Shown: piece by piece, positions 28,238-37,735 of the stretch
How the letters are laid out: each line of letters starts with the position of its first letter
Position numbering within the stretch: the first letter of the stretch is position 1
NCBI GenBank assembly: GCA_019056785.1
Contig: DXJV01000001.1
Location: 1-64,000 of the forward strand
Source: Candidatus Heimdallarchaeota archaeon
GTDB taxonomy: Archaea; Asgardarchaeota; Heimdallarchaeia; JABLTI01
Length of the DNA: 64,000 nucleotides
Direction: 5' to 3'
Notes under the pieces: generated by a model
The model's database searches: none
Told to the model about the DNA's origin: nothing
Seen by the model: the letters and a program-made list of their open reading frames with translations, nothing else
Program-made: the position numbers and the translations under genes

Positions 28238-30994
28238 TTAGTTGTTCTTTTCATCATTATTTAAATACCCACTAAGTTTTGTTTGTTTTGATCTTTTTCT
28301 CCGAGAATGGGTGTAACTGTTTTCTTCCTCCTTTTTGGCAGGAAGTCTCTTTAAAATCTCATCGATGGGTTCACACGAAAAAGCCATTTTTATTTCTCTC
28401 ACTGATAATTTTATGCCAAACCCTCTGGATGCTCGTAGAATCTCGGAGAGATAATATTCGCGATCGATTTCTTTGGCATATTTTGGGTGTCGCGCTCGAT
28501 CGCTAATTATTCCTTTGCCGGGGGTAATTACCCAAGGAAATTTATCAAATTCTTGCCAAGCGGTGTCAGGGTTAAGCCCTTCTCTTTTCACATAATCAAG
28601 AAACGCTTGGATTACTGGAACTTTAGTTTTGTATTCCTTTGGATTTTTTCTTAGTGGAGAACGAATCAGTGTTTTAGGGAGCAATTCTTCGAAAGGCATT
28701 GTTAAAATTTGCTCGACCAAGTTTAGTAAGTATTCTTTTGCTTTCTGTACTCCTGTATCTTTTTCAATTTTATTCGAGGATGTTGTTAGAAGGGATTTTT
28801 CATCAACCACAGGTTCAGTCAGAATGTATTTTAAAACCTTTTTTTGTGATTCGCGCGCCAATAAAGACCAATCTGATCTTATAGCTTCAAAGCCGGTGAT
28901 TTTCAATTCATTTTTGAGAATGCTGAAGTAACTATATGCTTTGGCTCGGCCTGGTTTAAAGATCAATTTATAAGCGATGTCTTCAAGAGTGAGCTCCATT
29001 GCTGAAGGGAATTGTTTGTTTAAAACGGCAAGAATTTTAGCAACTTGTTGGTGAAGCTGATGAAGGTAGCGCTCTTTGGTTGCAGGATTTTTTTCAGTAT
29101 AAACTTTCAATACCAATGACGGGTCCTGCATTTTAATAAAGGCAGAGTCTGTGTCTCCATAAATTATTTCAACTGGGGTGACTTTTTTTGAAACTGTTTT
29201 GAGGTACTCTTCCATTCGTAAAATATATGTTCGAGCGATATTGGTTATTGCATTTCCTAAAGTGATGGAATAAAAACGACTTCGAATGTAATTATGTGCT
29301 CCATACATACTATTAGCAACAATTTTCAAAGAATATTGCTCTTTATCAAGGATTTCCAGCTCTTCTTGAAGTTGTCGTAATTTCGAAGGGCTTTTTTCTT
29401 GAGCAATTTTATGTTCAAGGCTTTTAATGCGTTGTTTTGTTTCTTGCCGGCGATTAATGAGTGTCTCTTCCATTAATGACAGGCAAGATTGCGGTTTTGA
29501 GCGAAAAAGCTCCAAAGGATTGGCATTTCGGACTTCCTTTAATCGTTTTAAAGTTTCACCACCAATATTATGAGCGACACAAACGCTGGGATACATGCTT
29601 CGGAAATCACTGATAATCACCGCTAAATGGAGCCTCCCTTTTGGAACAAGAACGGTTCCGCCGGCATGAGGATTCTTTCGATGTTCTTCTCTTCGTCGGA
29701 CAATTTCGTCATCAGAGGGGGCCATCGGAATTAGCACCCCTTTCTTCTTTGCAAAACGCATTAATTCAAATTCGCCCTGGATCCGTTCGGTGCTTCCGGG
29801 CGCTTCACCAGGTGGGTAGCCGGTTAATCGTATTATCTCGAGCCAACCATTAATTCCAAGTTTCCAAAAAAGATCATATGTTAATTGACTATCCATTAAG
29901 GAGTAGTGATAGAGTTTTTCTTTAGCTGCACTATCACCATTTAAAAAGGCTTTTCGCCATAACTCGCCAGTTGGCTGAGAAATTTCTACCTTTGTTCTCC
30001 CGAGAAGTGTTTCAGCAATATCACCCAAACCTTTTTTCCCAGAGATGGGATGAATCCCCCAAGTACGGGGAGAAAGATCATAAGAGATACGTCCCTTAAT
30101 ACGGTAACAGCGATAACGACTCGAGTAAAAGACTTGATCTTCTTGAAAAAGGGATAAGCGCCGAGAAGGAATGTTTAATTTCTCCATTCGGGAAAGCAAA
30201 TAGGGCAAGTCAAATTTATCCCCGTTGAATGTCGTTAAAACATCAGGTTGAATGATTTCAAGCTCGTGTAGGAAATCTTCTAAAAGTGTTCTTTCAGCAT
30301 CGTTAGTCAATTTCTCTAATAGGAAAACTTTAGAGTGCTTTTCTTGACTGGTTGTGCCCCAAACAATAGAAATAACGGTAATTCTTTTGTCTTTTTTCTT
30401 GAGTAATTGTTGGATAGTCTCATTTTGCTGGTCAACTTCAATATCAAAAGCCAAAATTTTCAATTTATAAAAAAAATCCGCTGAAGGTATTTCTGTTTTA
30501 GAAGTGGCTCTCAAATGGCGATAACTGCCTTCACCTACTATTTTATTCTGAAATTTCTCAAGCTTGTCTAATCCCATTGTTAAAACGTTTAAACCACCAA
30601 CGGCAGTATCAAGGAGGAAGCGTTTCACAAATGGAATATCGGCTTCATGTATTTCAAAGCCGGCTCGTTGGATGCGCTCACGAATTTGTGGTGTTCTTTC
30701 TGGGTGAGAGCCATAAACTTTCAAGAGTGAAAGAATCTCTCCTCCAAAATAGCGCTTTTTTTTCACTTCTTCAATTTTTTGAAGCCATTGTTTCACTTGC
30801 AGATCTTGCGTTAAAAATTCTCGTAGCCCGGCTTTTTTCGTAATAAAAAAATAGGGTAAGAAATCTTTAATCTTGATAAGAACAAGTTCCTTCTTTGTCT
30901 TGCCAAATAGCCGTATCGCCGGAGCAGTATCTGATTCATCAATAATATAATCAATGTCGAGTAAAATGAACGTTAGTTCTTTTTGGTCTAGCAT
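28238..30994 (-). CDS. polB: Family B DNA polymerase with proofreading exonuclease and C-terminal PIP box
   Basis: ExoI FDIE, ExoII FNGDKFD, ExoIII YSLMD; SDFRSMYPS, KIVANSMYG, YGDTDS; QTKLSGYL. Confidence 0.93.
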   Translation of the reverse strand: MLDQKELTFILLDIDYIIDESDTAPAIRLFGKTKKELVLIKIKDFLPYFFITKKAGLREFLTQDLQVKQWLQKIEEVKKKRYFGGEILSLLKVYGSHPERTPQIRERIQRAGFEIHEADIPFVKRFLLDTAVGGLNVLTMGLDKLEKFQNKIVGEGSYRHLRATSKTEIPSADFFYKLKILAFDIEVDQQNETIQQLLKKKDKRITVISIVWGTTSQEKHSKVFLLEKLTNDAERTLLEDFLHELEIIQPDVLTTFNGDKFDLPYLLSRMEKLNIPSRRLSLFQEDQVFYSSRYRCYRIKGRISYDLSPRTWGIHPISGKKGLGDIAETLLGRTKVEISQPTGELWRKAFLNGDSAAKEKLYHYSLMDSQLTYDLFWKLGINGWLEIIRLTGYPPGEAPGSTERIQGEFELMRFAKKKGVLIPMAPSDDEIVRRREEHRKNPHAGGTVLVPKGRLHLAVIISDFRSMYPSVCVAHNIGGETLKRLKEVRNANPLELFRSKPQSCLSLMEETLINRRQETKQRIKSLEHKIAQEKSPSKLRQLQEELEILDKEQYSLKIVANSMYGAHNYIRSRFYSITLGNAITNIARTYILRMEEYLKTVSKKVTPVEIIYGDTDSAFIKMQDPSLVLKVYTEKNPATKERYLHQLHQQVAKILAVLNKQFPSAMELTLEDIAYKLIFKPGRAKAYSYFSILKNELKITGFEAIRSDWSLLARESQKKVLKYILTEPVVDEKSLLTTSSNKIEKDTGVQKAKEYLLNLVEQILTMPFEELLPKTLIRSPLRKNPKEYKTKVPVIQAFLDYVKREGLNPDTAWQEFDKFPWVITPGKGIISDRARHPKYAKEIDREYYLSEILRASRGFGIKLSVREIKMAFSCEPIDEILKRLPAKKEEENSYTHSRRKRSKQTKLSGYLNNDEKNN

Positions 30995-31075
30995 AAACTT
31001 ACCACGCAGAAGGACTTGTTGTTGTTTGTACTCTTTAAAATGACCCTTTATTATTTTTTATTAATAAAAGAAAAA

Positions 31076-32068
31076 TTATTTGAAAGTTTTTTGCAAACGT
31101 TTAACTTCTTCTTCATTTAAAATCGTCTCTGGAGCAAGGATGATCTTGTAAAGACATTCTCGACAAATATCGGTACCAATTTTTCGTCCATAGATTTGTG
31201 AAAGAATCAGTGCGTCTTCATACCTTTTTACGCTGCACTTAATTCCGCGTGTTTCAATTATTTTCTTTGTCACCGGGCAGCGAAGATATTTCTCATTATT
31301 GATAACAATACAGAAGTCAGGGCAAATATCTATTCCAACTGTTTCGAATGATTCTTTTTGAAGTTCTGGGATAGCTTTAAGAACCATCTGGTTTACTTCC
31401 TCATGAAACCCAAAAATTAATCTTTGTGTTTCGATAAACTCATTTTGATTCAAGCAAAAAGTTGCGCCATCAGGCATTTCTTTTAACATCGGACAGGGAT
31501 AGTGAAAAGTATATCTGTCTTCTTTTTTTCGTGGAATTTCAAATTTGTAAGTTTCGCCTATTGTTTCTTCCAGGATCCAATCATAAAGTTCCTTCAACCC
31601 CTCAAGAGTCACAGCACTACTACTAATCACCTTCCAATGGCGATTTATTACGCGTTTTAGTCCTAATTTTGAGATGATAACATTCGTTTTCATGACTTTT
31701 TTTAAATCCGACTTGTGGCGAAGGACACAGATGGGCGTTAGTTTTTTCTTGCTGTTTTTCAAGATGCGTTGGAATTCATTCTGCACTTCTTTAAATCGTT
31801 TCACATCTGCACCATCGATAACAAAGACAATCGCATCGGCAAAAGGCAATAAAGGGATGATCTCTTCCCGGAATTTCTCCTGTCCACCCAGATCAAAAAT
31901 GCGAAAATTCATATCTTTTACTTTAAAGGTACTCAGTGAAATGCCTAAAGTAGGAGCCGTTTTATAGACATCACCTTTGGTGAAGATATTTAAGATGGTT
32001 GTTTTTCCGGCATTGGAAAGTCCGCAAAAAAGAATTACCTGCGATTTTTCCTTTCCTACTAAGGACAT
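31076..32068 (-). CDS. Arf-family small GTPase fused to a Cys-rich C-terminal domain
   Basis: GLSNAGKTT, PTLG, DLGGQ, FVIDG, HKSD, SSA; about 160-aa C-terminal extension with 8 Cys. Confidence 0.88.
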   Translation of the reverse strand: MSLVGKEKSQVILFCGLSNAGKTTILNIFTKGDVYKTAPTLGISLSTFKVKDMNFRIFDLGGQEKFREEIIPLLPFADAIVFVIDGADVKRFKEVQNEFQRILKNSKKKLTPICVLRHKSDLKKVMKTNVIISKLGLKRVINRHWKVISSSAVTLEGLKELYDWILEETIGETYKFEIPRKKEDRYTFHYPCPMLKEMPDGATFCLNQNEFIETQRLIFGFHEEVNQMVLKAIPELQKESFETVGIDICPDFCIVINNEKYLRCPVTKKIIETRGIKCSVKRYEDALILSQIYGRKIGTDICRECLYKIILAPETILNEEEVKRLQKTFK

Positions 32069-32128
32069 ATCTTTACTAATTTAATTTATGAGTAAAATAT
32101 ATTTCGATTGGTAATAACGTCACTTTTT

Positions 32129-33193
32129 TCATTGGATAATGTCTCGCCGTTTTCTACTCAGAAAAGCTTGGTAGAGCTCCGGGGAATCGTCGAGAACACT
32201 TTCAATAATTAAATTAACTAATCGTTCTCCTAATTGTGGAGACATATGCGCGCGTTTATGTGTTAAATAGGGAGGAGTGATAAAGCCATTGTCATCATGA
32301 TAAGTTACCATCATTTCTTGAATGTCCTTTAGTTTGTCTTTTTGTGGGAGCAAAGAATCAACCCGGATAGGAATAGCATTCTCTTTCAGAATAAAATAAG
32401 TTAAATAATAGCTTTGTAATTTTTCATTGGTAAAAACATTGGCAGCTTCCCAGATGCGTTTACGAATGTCACGAATTCGCGGTTTAAAATCAATTGGTGT
32501 GGTAAAGCCTGTTTTTCCCCCTTCTTTTAAACGAATCAATGATGTGTCGCTAATTGCAGGTATCTTTTTTTTACCATAAAGTTTTTTCACTAAGACATTT
32601 GCTCTCGAGTCTTTTGAAACACCAATGAGAATGACGTCATTAGCAATGCAGGTCTCAATCAGTTCGTAAGCTTTTCGTAGATATTTCAGAAACAATTTGT
32701 GAAAGCGCGATCCAATACCCTCTTCTGAAAGCTCCTTTTTTTCCTCGAGTAAGAACTGAAGGCTCCGAGGAATCCCTTTATAGCCAAGATTTGTTATCGA
32801 ACCATCAAGAAGGAGAAAGTCGGGTTTATGTTGGGCTAATTCTATTGCTACTTCAACTTCTAAAATGTCACGCAGTAATGAGCCGAAGTTTTTCGGGTCC
32901 TCCTCGATAGTCAATATATCAACGTTATTTTTCTCAATCCAAAGTGGCTCTTTCCCTTCCTCGAAAACGGCACCCGCAGCCCTTACAGGAAAAATCGTAA
33001 CACCAAATAATTCTGCAGAATACCCGCCACCATCTAAAGCAGCAATTCTCTTGGAAGTAACTGGAGCAGGCAAAGGCGCAAGAGCGAGTTCCAATGTTTT
33101 TACTTCTTCTGTTAAAGCTTTTAGCTTTGCTTTTGCAAGGGAGATTTTCGAAGAAATTTCTATGTCAAAACCATTGATTTGTTTTTCAGACAT
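32129..33193 (-). CDS. nurA: NurA-family nuclease
   Basis: AALDGG, LLLDGS, IGVSKDS, PPYL.HKRA. Confidence 0.8.
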   Translation of the reverse strand: MSEKQINGFDIEISSKISLAKAKLKALTEEVKTLELALAPLPAPVTSKRIAALDGGGYSAELFGVTIFPVRAAGAVFEEGKEPLWIEKNNVDILTIEEDPKNFGSLLRDILEVEVAIELAQHKPDFLLLDGSITNLGYKGIPRSLQFLLEEKKELSEEGIGSRFHKLFLKYLRKAYELIETCIANDVILIGVSKDSRANVLVKKLYGKKKIPAISDTSLIRLKEGGKTGFTTPIDFKPRIRDIRKRIWEAANVFTNEKLQSYYLTYFILKENAIPIRVDSLLPQKDKLKDIQEMMVTYHDDNGFITPPYLTHKRAHMSPQLGERLVNLIIESVLDDSPELYQAFLSRKRRDIIQ

Positions 33194-33287
33194 GGTAATT
33201 CCCGGAATCCAAACTCTTTTATCAGTTCTATATTAAAAAAGAAGGTTATAAACTTCTCCTAAATAGTTCTTCGAGGAAAAGCGGTTC

Positions 33288-33692
33288 TCACTTCTCAGCT
33301 CTTCTTAAAGCGAGCTTCATAAACTCTTTAGCTTCTTGTTGCCGGTTGAGGGACTTTAAAACAAGTGCTTTGTTAAAAAGTACATCGCGATTCGTTGGGT
33401 CAAGAGCAAGGAGCTCATCAAATACCGGTAACGCTTCAGTATATTTACCACACTCAAACATAACGATCCCTTTCATAAATTTATATTCAAAGTTTTCAGG
33501 ATAGAGTGTGATTAATTGTTCATGCACTTTCAGTGCCTCTTCGTAATTGTTAAGATGACGAAGGCAAGAAGAAATTTCTAAGAGTACATCTGCTCTTGTC
33601 GGTTCTTTCTCTAAAAGCTCTTGAAGCCTTTGCAACTCCTTCTTAATCTCTTCAGGGTTTTTCTCATGAATATCTTCCAACAAAGAAGTCAT
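33288..33692 (-). CDS. Small TPR protein
   Basis: About 3 TPR motifs. Confidence 0.85.
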   Translation of the reverse strand: MTSLLEDIHEKNPEEIKKELQRLQELLEKEPTRADVLLEISSCLRHLNNYEEALKVHEQLITLYPENFEYKFMKGIVMFECGKYTEALPVFDELLALDPTNRDVLFNKALVLKSLNRQQEAKEFMKLALRRAEK

Positions 33693-33857
33693 CTCGGAAT
33701 GTTGTTTTTATCAAGGAATTTTTCTGTGAGCTTTTAAGGCTTCTTTTTAGTAAGAAAATGCCCAGCTTGAAGCCTATGAAAAGGTAAAAATGGTATAAAG
33801 AATTAAAATCTCCACAAAGGAAAGATTATCATAACCAAAAATACAAGATGATTTTTC

Positions 33858-35291
33858 ATGCCTTCTCAATATAAAACCAAGAAAAAGAAAGCAATCCTTA
33901 CAGAGGTAGTTTTCAATAGACGAGAAGGTGACCATCTTGCAGAATTATCCGAATTAGCCCATGTTGCCGGATATGAAGTCGTTGATAGAATAACCCAAAA
34001 ATTAGACGCTCCAACAGCCCCCTACCTTTTCGGGAAGGGTAAAGCCAAAGAAATAAAGGGACGCATTAAAGAACTTGAAGCAGATGTGGTGATAATTGAA
34101 AATAAAATCGATGCCATTCAACGGAAAAATCTCCAGGCTATGTGGCATGCCCCCATAATTGACCGGTTCGAATTAATACTCGAGATTTTCATAAACCGAG
34201 CCGGCACACAAGAAGCAATAACACAAATCCGTTTAGCAGCGTTAAAAAAGGAAGGAGGAGCAAGGTCTGAGAGTCATCGCACAGTTACTTCGCGTCATGC
34301 TCTAATAAAAAAACTTGAAAAAAAACTCGATTTGATCCGAAAGTCAAAAGATGTCCGCCGAAAAAGGCGATTACTATCAGGCTTTGATTTAGTGGCAATA
34401 GCTGGCTATACTAATGCCGGGAAAAGCACTTTAATGAATTGTTTAACTAGCGCAGGCGTCGAAGTAAGTGGAAGAATGTTTACAACCCTTGATACTACTA
34501 CAAGAAGTTTTGATGCTTTAGGTAGAAAAATTCTCATTACCGATACTGTTGGGTTGATATCAAGGCTACCCCATGCATTAATCGAAGCTTTTTATGCTAC
34601 CCTCAAAGAAATCAATGAGGCTGATCTGATACTCCTACTTATTGATGCGAATGATTCTATTGAGAATATCAAGAAGAAAGTCTTGGCTTCCATCAATACT
34701 TTAACTGCAATTGAGGCAGAACAAATTCCCCTCCTCCCGGTTCTAAATAAAATAGATATCGCTCAAAAAGTAGAGGAGAAAGCAGCTGTTGTCGAAACAC
34801 TGACAGGGAAAAAGGCTGTTTGTATAAGCGCTAAAAAAGGGCTTCATTTAGATTTGCTGGTTAATCGGATCCTCAAAATTTTAAAAACCTATTGTTTTCA
34901 TTTGATTCTCCCAAACACCCCGGAAGGCATGTCGTTGTTTTCACGAATTCATGATAAGACAAGGCTAACTGAGAAAACATATCATCCGAGAAGCATTGAA
35001 ATTCGATTCGAAACAAATGAACGAATTGCACGTTACCTTTTCAATATTATTAAAAAAAGCAAACTACCAATTGACTTTGTGAATTGTGAAGAAATCGAAA
35101 AACAATTATTAAAGACGAAAGAATCGCAAACTGGTGACAACTATAGTGTTTTCACAACTGATGAGGGTGAAGAATTCATTGTTTTTAATATTATCGAAGA
35201 TGATACGGAAAAGACGAATGCCTCTGAAAAAGAAGGGGCAACAACACTCAGCAAAAAATGGGGCTCAAAAACAACGATGGGTGAGAAATAA
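33858..35291 (+). CDS. hflX: GTPase HflX with C-terminal extension
   Basis: GKGK..E, IDR..LILEIF..RA, GYTNAGKST, FTTLD.TTR, DTVG, NKID. Confidence 0.92.
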   Translation: MPSQYKTKKKKAILTEVVFNRREGDHLAELSELAHVAGYEVVDRITQKLDAPTAPYLFGKGKAKEIKGRIKELEADVVIIENKIDAIQRKNLQAMWHAPIIDRFELILEIFINRAGTQEAITQIRLAALKKEGGARSESHRTVTSRHALIKKLEKKLDLIRKSKDVRRKRRLLSGFDLVAIAGYTNAGKSTLMNCLTSAGVEVSGRMFTTLDTTTRSFDALGRKILITDTVGLISRLPHALIEAFYATLKEINEADLILLLIDANDSIENIKKKVLASINTLTAIEAEQIPLLPVLNKIDIAQKVEEKAAVVETLTGKKAVCISAKKGLHLDLLVNRILKILKTYCFHLILPNTPEGMSLFSRIHDKTRLTEKTYHPRSIEIRFETNERIARYLFNIIKKSKLPIDFVNCEEIEKQLLKTKESQTGDNYSVFTTDEGEEFIVFNIIEDDTEKTNASEKEGATTLSKKWGSKTTMGEK

Positions 35292-35868
35292 CTTGGTGAT
35301 AAATATAACGCGTTTTTGGAAGAGTAACCAGCTTGTTTTCATAGGCATTCTCATAATCTTAGGAATAACTTCTGTACAAATAACAACAGCTTCTTACACC
35401 AAACAGAATTTTATAATCAATCAAGACAGCAAGGTTTTTTTGGACCTTCATTCTGACAAAAATTACAATGGAAGTATTACAGTTACTGTCACAACAGGTG
35501 CTGTAAATGCAACTGTTAATGGTAAAACAAAAGAAGTAGTAGCAAGCTCTTCTCAGACTTTTCTAATCGTGAATACAAGCACCATTTATTTTGCCTTGGC
35601 TTCGACAGGTTATGCAGAAGGGTATTTTGAAATAGAATTGAATTTAGCAATCAATGGTTCAGGAAGAAATCCAATCACAATTACTATTGGAATACTTGCA
35701 GCATTTCTAGTGGTATTATCTACGGTAACTTATTACATCCGCGCAAAACGTATGGAGCCAAAACCCGGCGAAGAAAAGGATGAATTCTTGGATGAAGAAA
35801 CTTTGCGACGGCGTAAGGAAGCAGCAGGAGCAGAAAAACGCTATTTAGGCTTAGATGATAAGATTTAA
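35134..35868 (+). CDS. Membrane protein (two TM flanking a beta domain); true start probably near 35295
   Basis: The long overlap with hflX suggests a later start; two hydrophobic segments. Confidence 0.65.
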   Translation: MTTIVFSQLMRVKNSLFLILSKMIRKRRMPLKKKGQQHSAKNGAQKQRWVRNNLVINITRFWKSNQLVFIGILIILGITSVQITTASYTKQNFIINQDSKVFLDLHSDKNYNGSITVTVTTGAVNATVNGKTKEVVASSSQTFLIVNTSTIYFALASTGYAEGYFEIELNLAINGSGRNPITITIGILAAFLVVLSTVTYYIRAKRMEPKPGEEKDEFLDEETLRRRKEAAGAEKRYLGLDDKI

Positions 35869-36373
35869 GGAGAAGAAAATACAAGGAAAACGCCCCAACA
35901 AAGGAAGGATTGGATTGAGCTTTACAATATTTATCATTCGAGATGGAGAACTATTTGGCTCTGAACTCCCACAAACAGCAGAAGACTTTGAAAAGATTAA
36001 AGCATTGAGAATTAAAGTAATCATTTCCCTAGCAGAAGAGATCAACATTGTTAAATCCCAGATAAATTTCACGAAAGATTTCGAACATTATGAACTTTTT
36101 ATTGAGGATTATACCACACCAACACCAGCACAAGTGAAACGTTTTTTGGAGATTCTGAAAGAAAAAAAACGAGAGCAGAAAGCTGTGCTTGTACATTGCA
36201 TTGGCGGATGTGGGCGCACCGGTTTAATGCTCGCTCTTGCAGAGAGATTTCTATATAATGTTTTTGATGGAAAAAAGTCCATTGCAAAAATAAGAGAAAT
36301 ACGCTCCTGTGCACTAGAAACACCGGAGCAGGAAGAATTTGTCATAAATTTCGATCTTGATGGTTTCTCTTAA
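35855..36373 (+). CDS. Dual-specificity/protein-tyrosine phosphatase
   Basis: VHCIGGCGRTG (HCx5R), IEDYTTP, ETPEQ. Confidence 0.9.
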   Translation: MIRFKEKKIQGKRPNKGRIGLSFTIFIIRDGELFGSELPQTAEDFEKIKALRIKVIISLAEEINIVKSQINFTKDFEHYELFIEDYTTPTPAQVKRFLEILKEKKREQKAVLVHCIGGCGRTGLMLALAERFLYNVFDGKKSIAKIREIRSCALETPEQEEFVINFDLDGFS

Positions 36374-37533
36374 AGCTCCTCCAGTTCCTCAGAAATGACA
36401 ATTTGACGTTTTCGTAATTCTTCGAGCATTTTCCCGGATGGGATGTTGAACTCTTGAACAATCACACCCTTTTTGGTTATCTCCCCCTTAGTAATCATCC
36501 TGGCAATAATGGCTACCGGGAATGCAGTCATTCGCATCATAGATGTTAGGTTAGTTTGTTCATCAAAATAATCGATTATCTGTAGTGTGAATCGTTTTCG
36601 GTTGTTCTTTTGTTTACCAATAACCCACAAGCGAAGTAAAGTAACATCTTTTGTGTCTTTATGGGTGAGCGACTTAACAAGCATGAATTCTAGAAACTCT
36701 CGTGGGGAAATTTTACACCCTTTAAAGTTAATTTTTTGTTCTTCTCTAAAGCCTAAGTCGAAAATCGTTTTGATTCTCTCACAATGTCCCTTATACCGAA
36801 TGGTTTTATAATCTAATTCTCGAACTTTTCCAAGAAAGGTTTTTGGGAGTGTGGAAGTTCCTCCGGAGGTCTGGAACGCCTCAAGTTTTCCAAATGGTGA
36901 GGGAAAAGTAATTTCTTCAATTTCCGTAAGAGATTCGACTTTCATTAACTTGCCATCATGAATGATTTCTGCCGGCTCGAGATATTCGTTTGTTAGCCCT
37001 TTCACATTAAAAATTAATGAATAGTTTAAAGGTGGTTTGGGGTTTTGTGGCAAACCGCCAACACGAATATGTATTTCTTCTAGCGTATCAAATTTCTCTG
37101 TGGCATAGGCAGTAAGGATACTTGCAACGCCGGGAGCAAGCCCACAATCAGGTATAATCGTTATCCCTGCTTTTTTTGCTTCTTCATGTAGAGAGAATTG
37201 TTGTGAAACAACAGTATTATTTCCCCCTAGATCACAATAGTTTGTTTTAGTTTCAATGGCAGTTTTCGAAAGTTCATAATTAAACTGATACGAAACACAA
37301 CCAATGGCTGTATCTACCTGTTCCATTGCCTTTCTAACATGCTCTTTTTTGGTGACATCTAAGGTTAGAGGTTTCACACGTGGGTCATTTATCCATTGAG
37401 CTACTTTCTTTGCTTGTTCAAAGTTAATATCTGCAAGCAAAATTGTTTTTGTGTCTTCATGCCGTAATAAATCAAATGCTGCTGCGCGACCCATTAGTCC
37501 TGCGCCTAAGATAAGATAGTTCATATTTCTCAC
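36370..37533 (-). CDS. Saccharopine dehydrogenase / lysine 6-dehydrogenase family
   Basis: GAGLMG, DCGLAPG, VGGLP, YKTIRY.GH, SMMRMTAFP. Confidence 0.9.
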   Translation of the reverse strand: MRNMNYLILGAGLMGRAAAFDLLRHEDTKTILLADINFEQAKKVAQWINDPRVKPLTLDVTKKEHVRKAMEQVDTAIGCVSYQFNYELSKTAIETKTNYCDLGGNNTVVSQQFSLHEEAKKAGITIIPDCGLAPGVASILTAYATEKFDTLEEIHIRVGGLPQNPKPPLNYSLIFNVKGLTNEYLEPAEIIHDGKLMKVESLTEIEEITFPSPFGKLEAFQTSGGTSTLPKTFLGKVRELDYKTIRYKGHCERIKTIFDLGFREEQKINFKGCKISPREFLEFMLVKSLTHKDTKDVTLLRLWVIGKQKNNRKRFTLQIIDYFDEQTNLTSMMRMTAFPVAIIARMITKGEITKKGVIVQEFNIPSGKMLEELRKRQIVISEELEEL

Positions 37534-37735
37534 ACAGAAATTCTTCCCATAAATAGTCTTAAAAGTATTTTTAAGCTCTTTGTTCAGACTTTTTTGGTAA
37601 AATGAAACTTTTTGAGTTCTTTTTCTTCACTTATGGCTTGAATGAAAAATTAAAATATATAAAAGAACTTCTTTTTAGCTACTTGATTTTGGAATAGAAG
37701 AATTCCAGTTAAAATCAAACTAGATAAAAGCTTAT

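Noticed and set aside
28238-30994. PolB as a marker of a casposon/provirus or an inactivated PolB2
   Set aside because: There is no cas1, integrase, capsid gene or terminal repeat, the catalytic motifs are intact, and a PIP box is present.
35134-35291. Genuine 158-nt gene overlap with hflX
   Set aside because: It is probably an over-extended start call; a GTG/TTG just after the hflX stop gives a normal N-terminal anchor.
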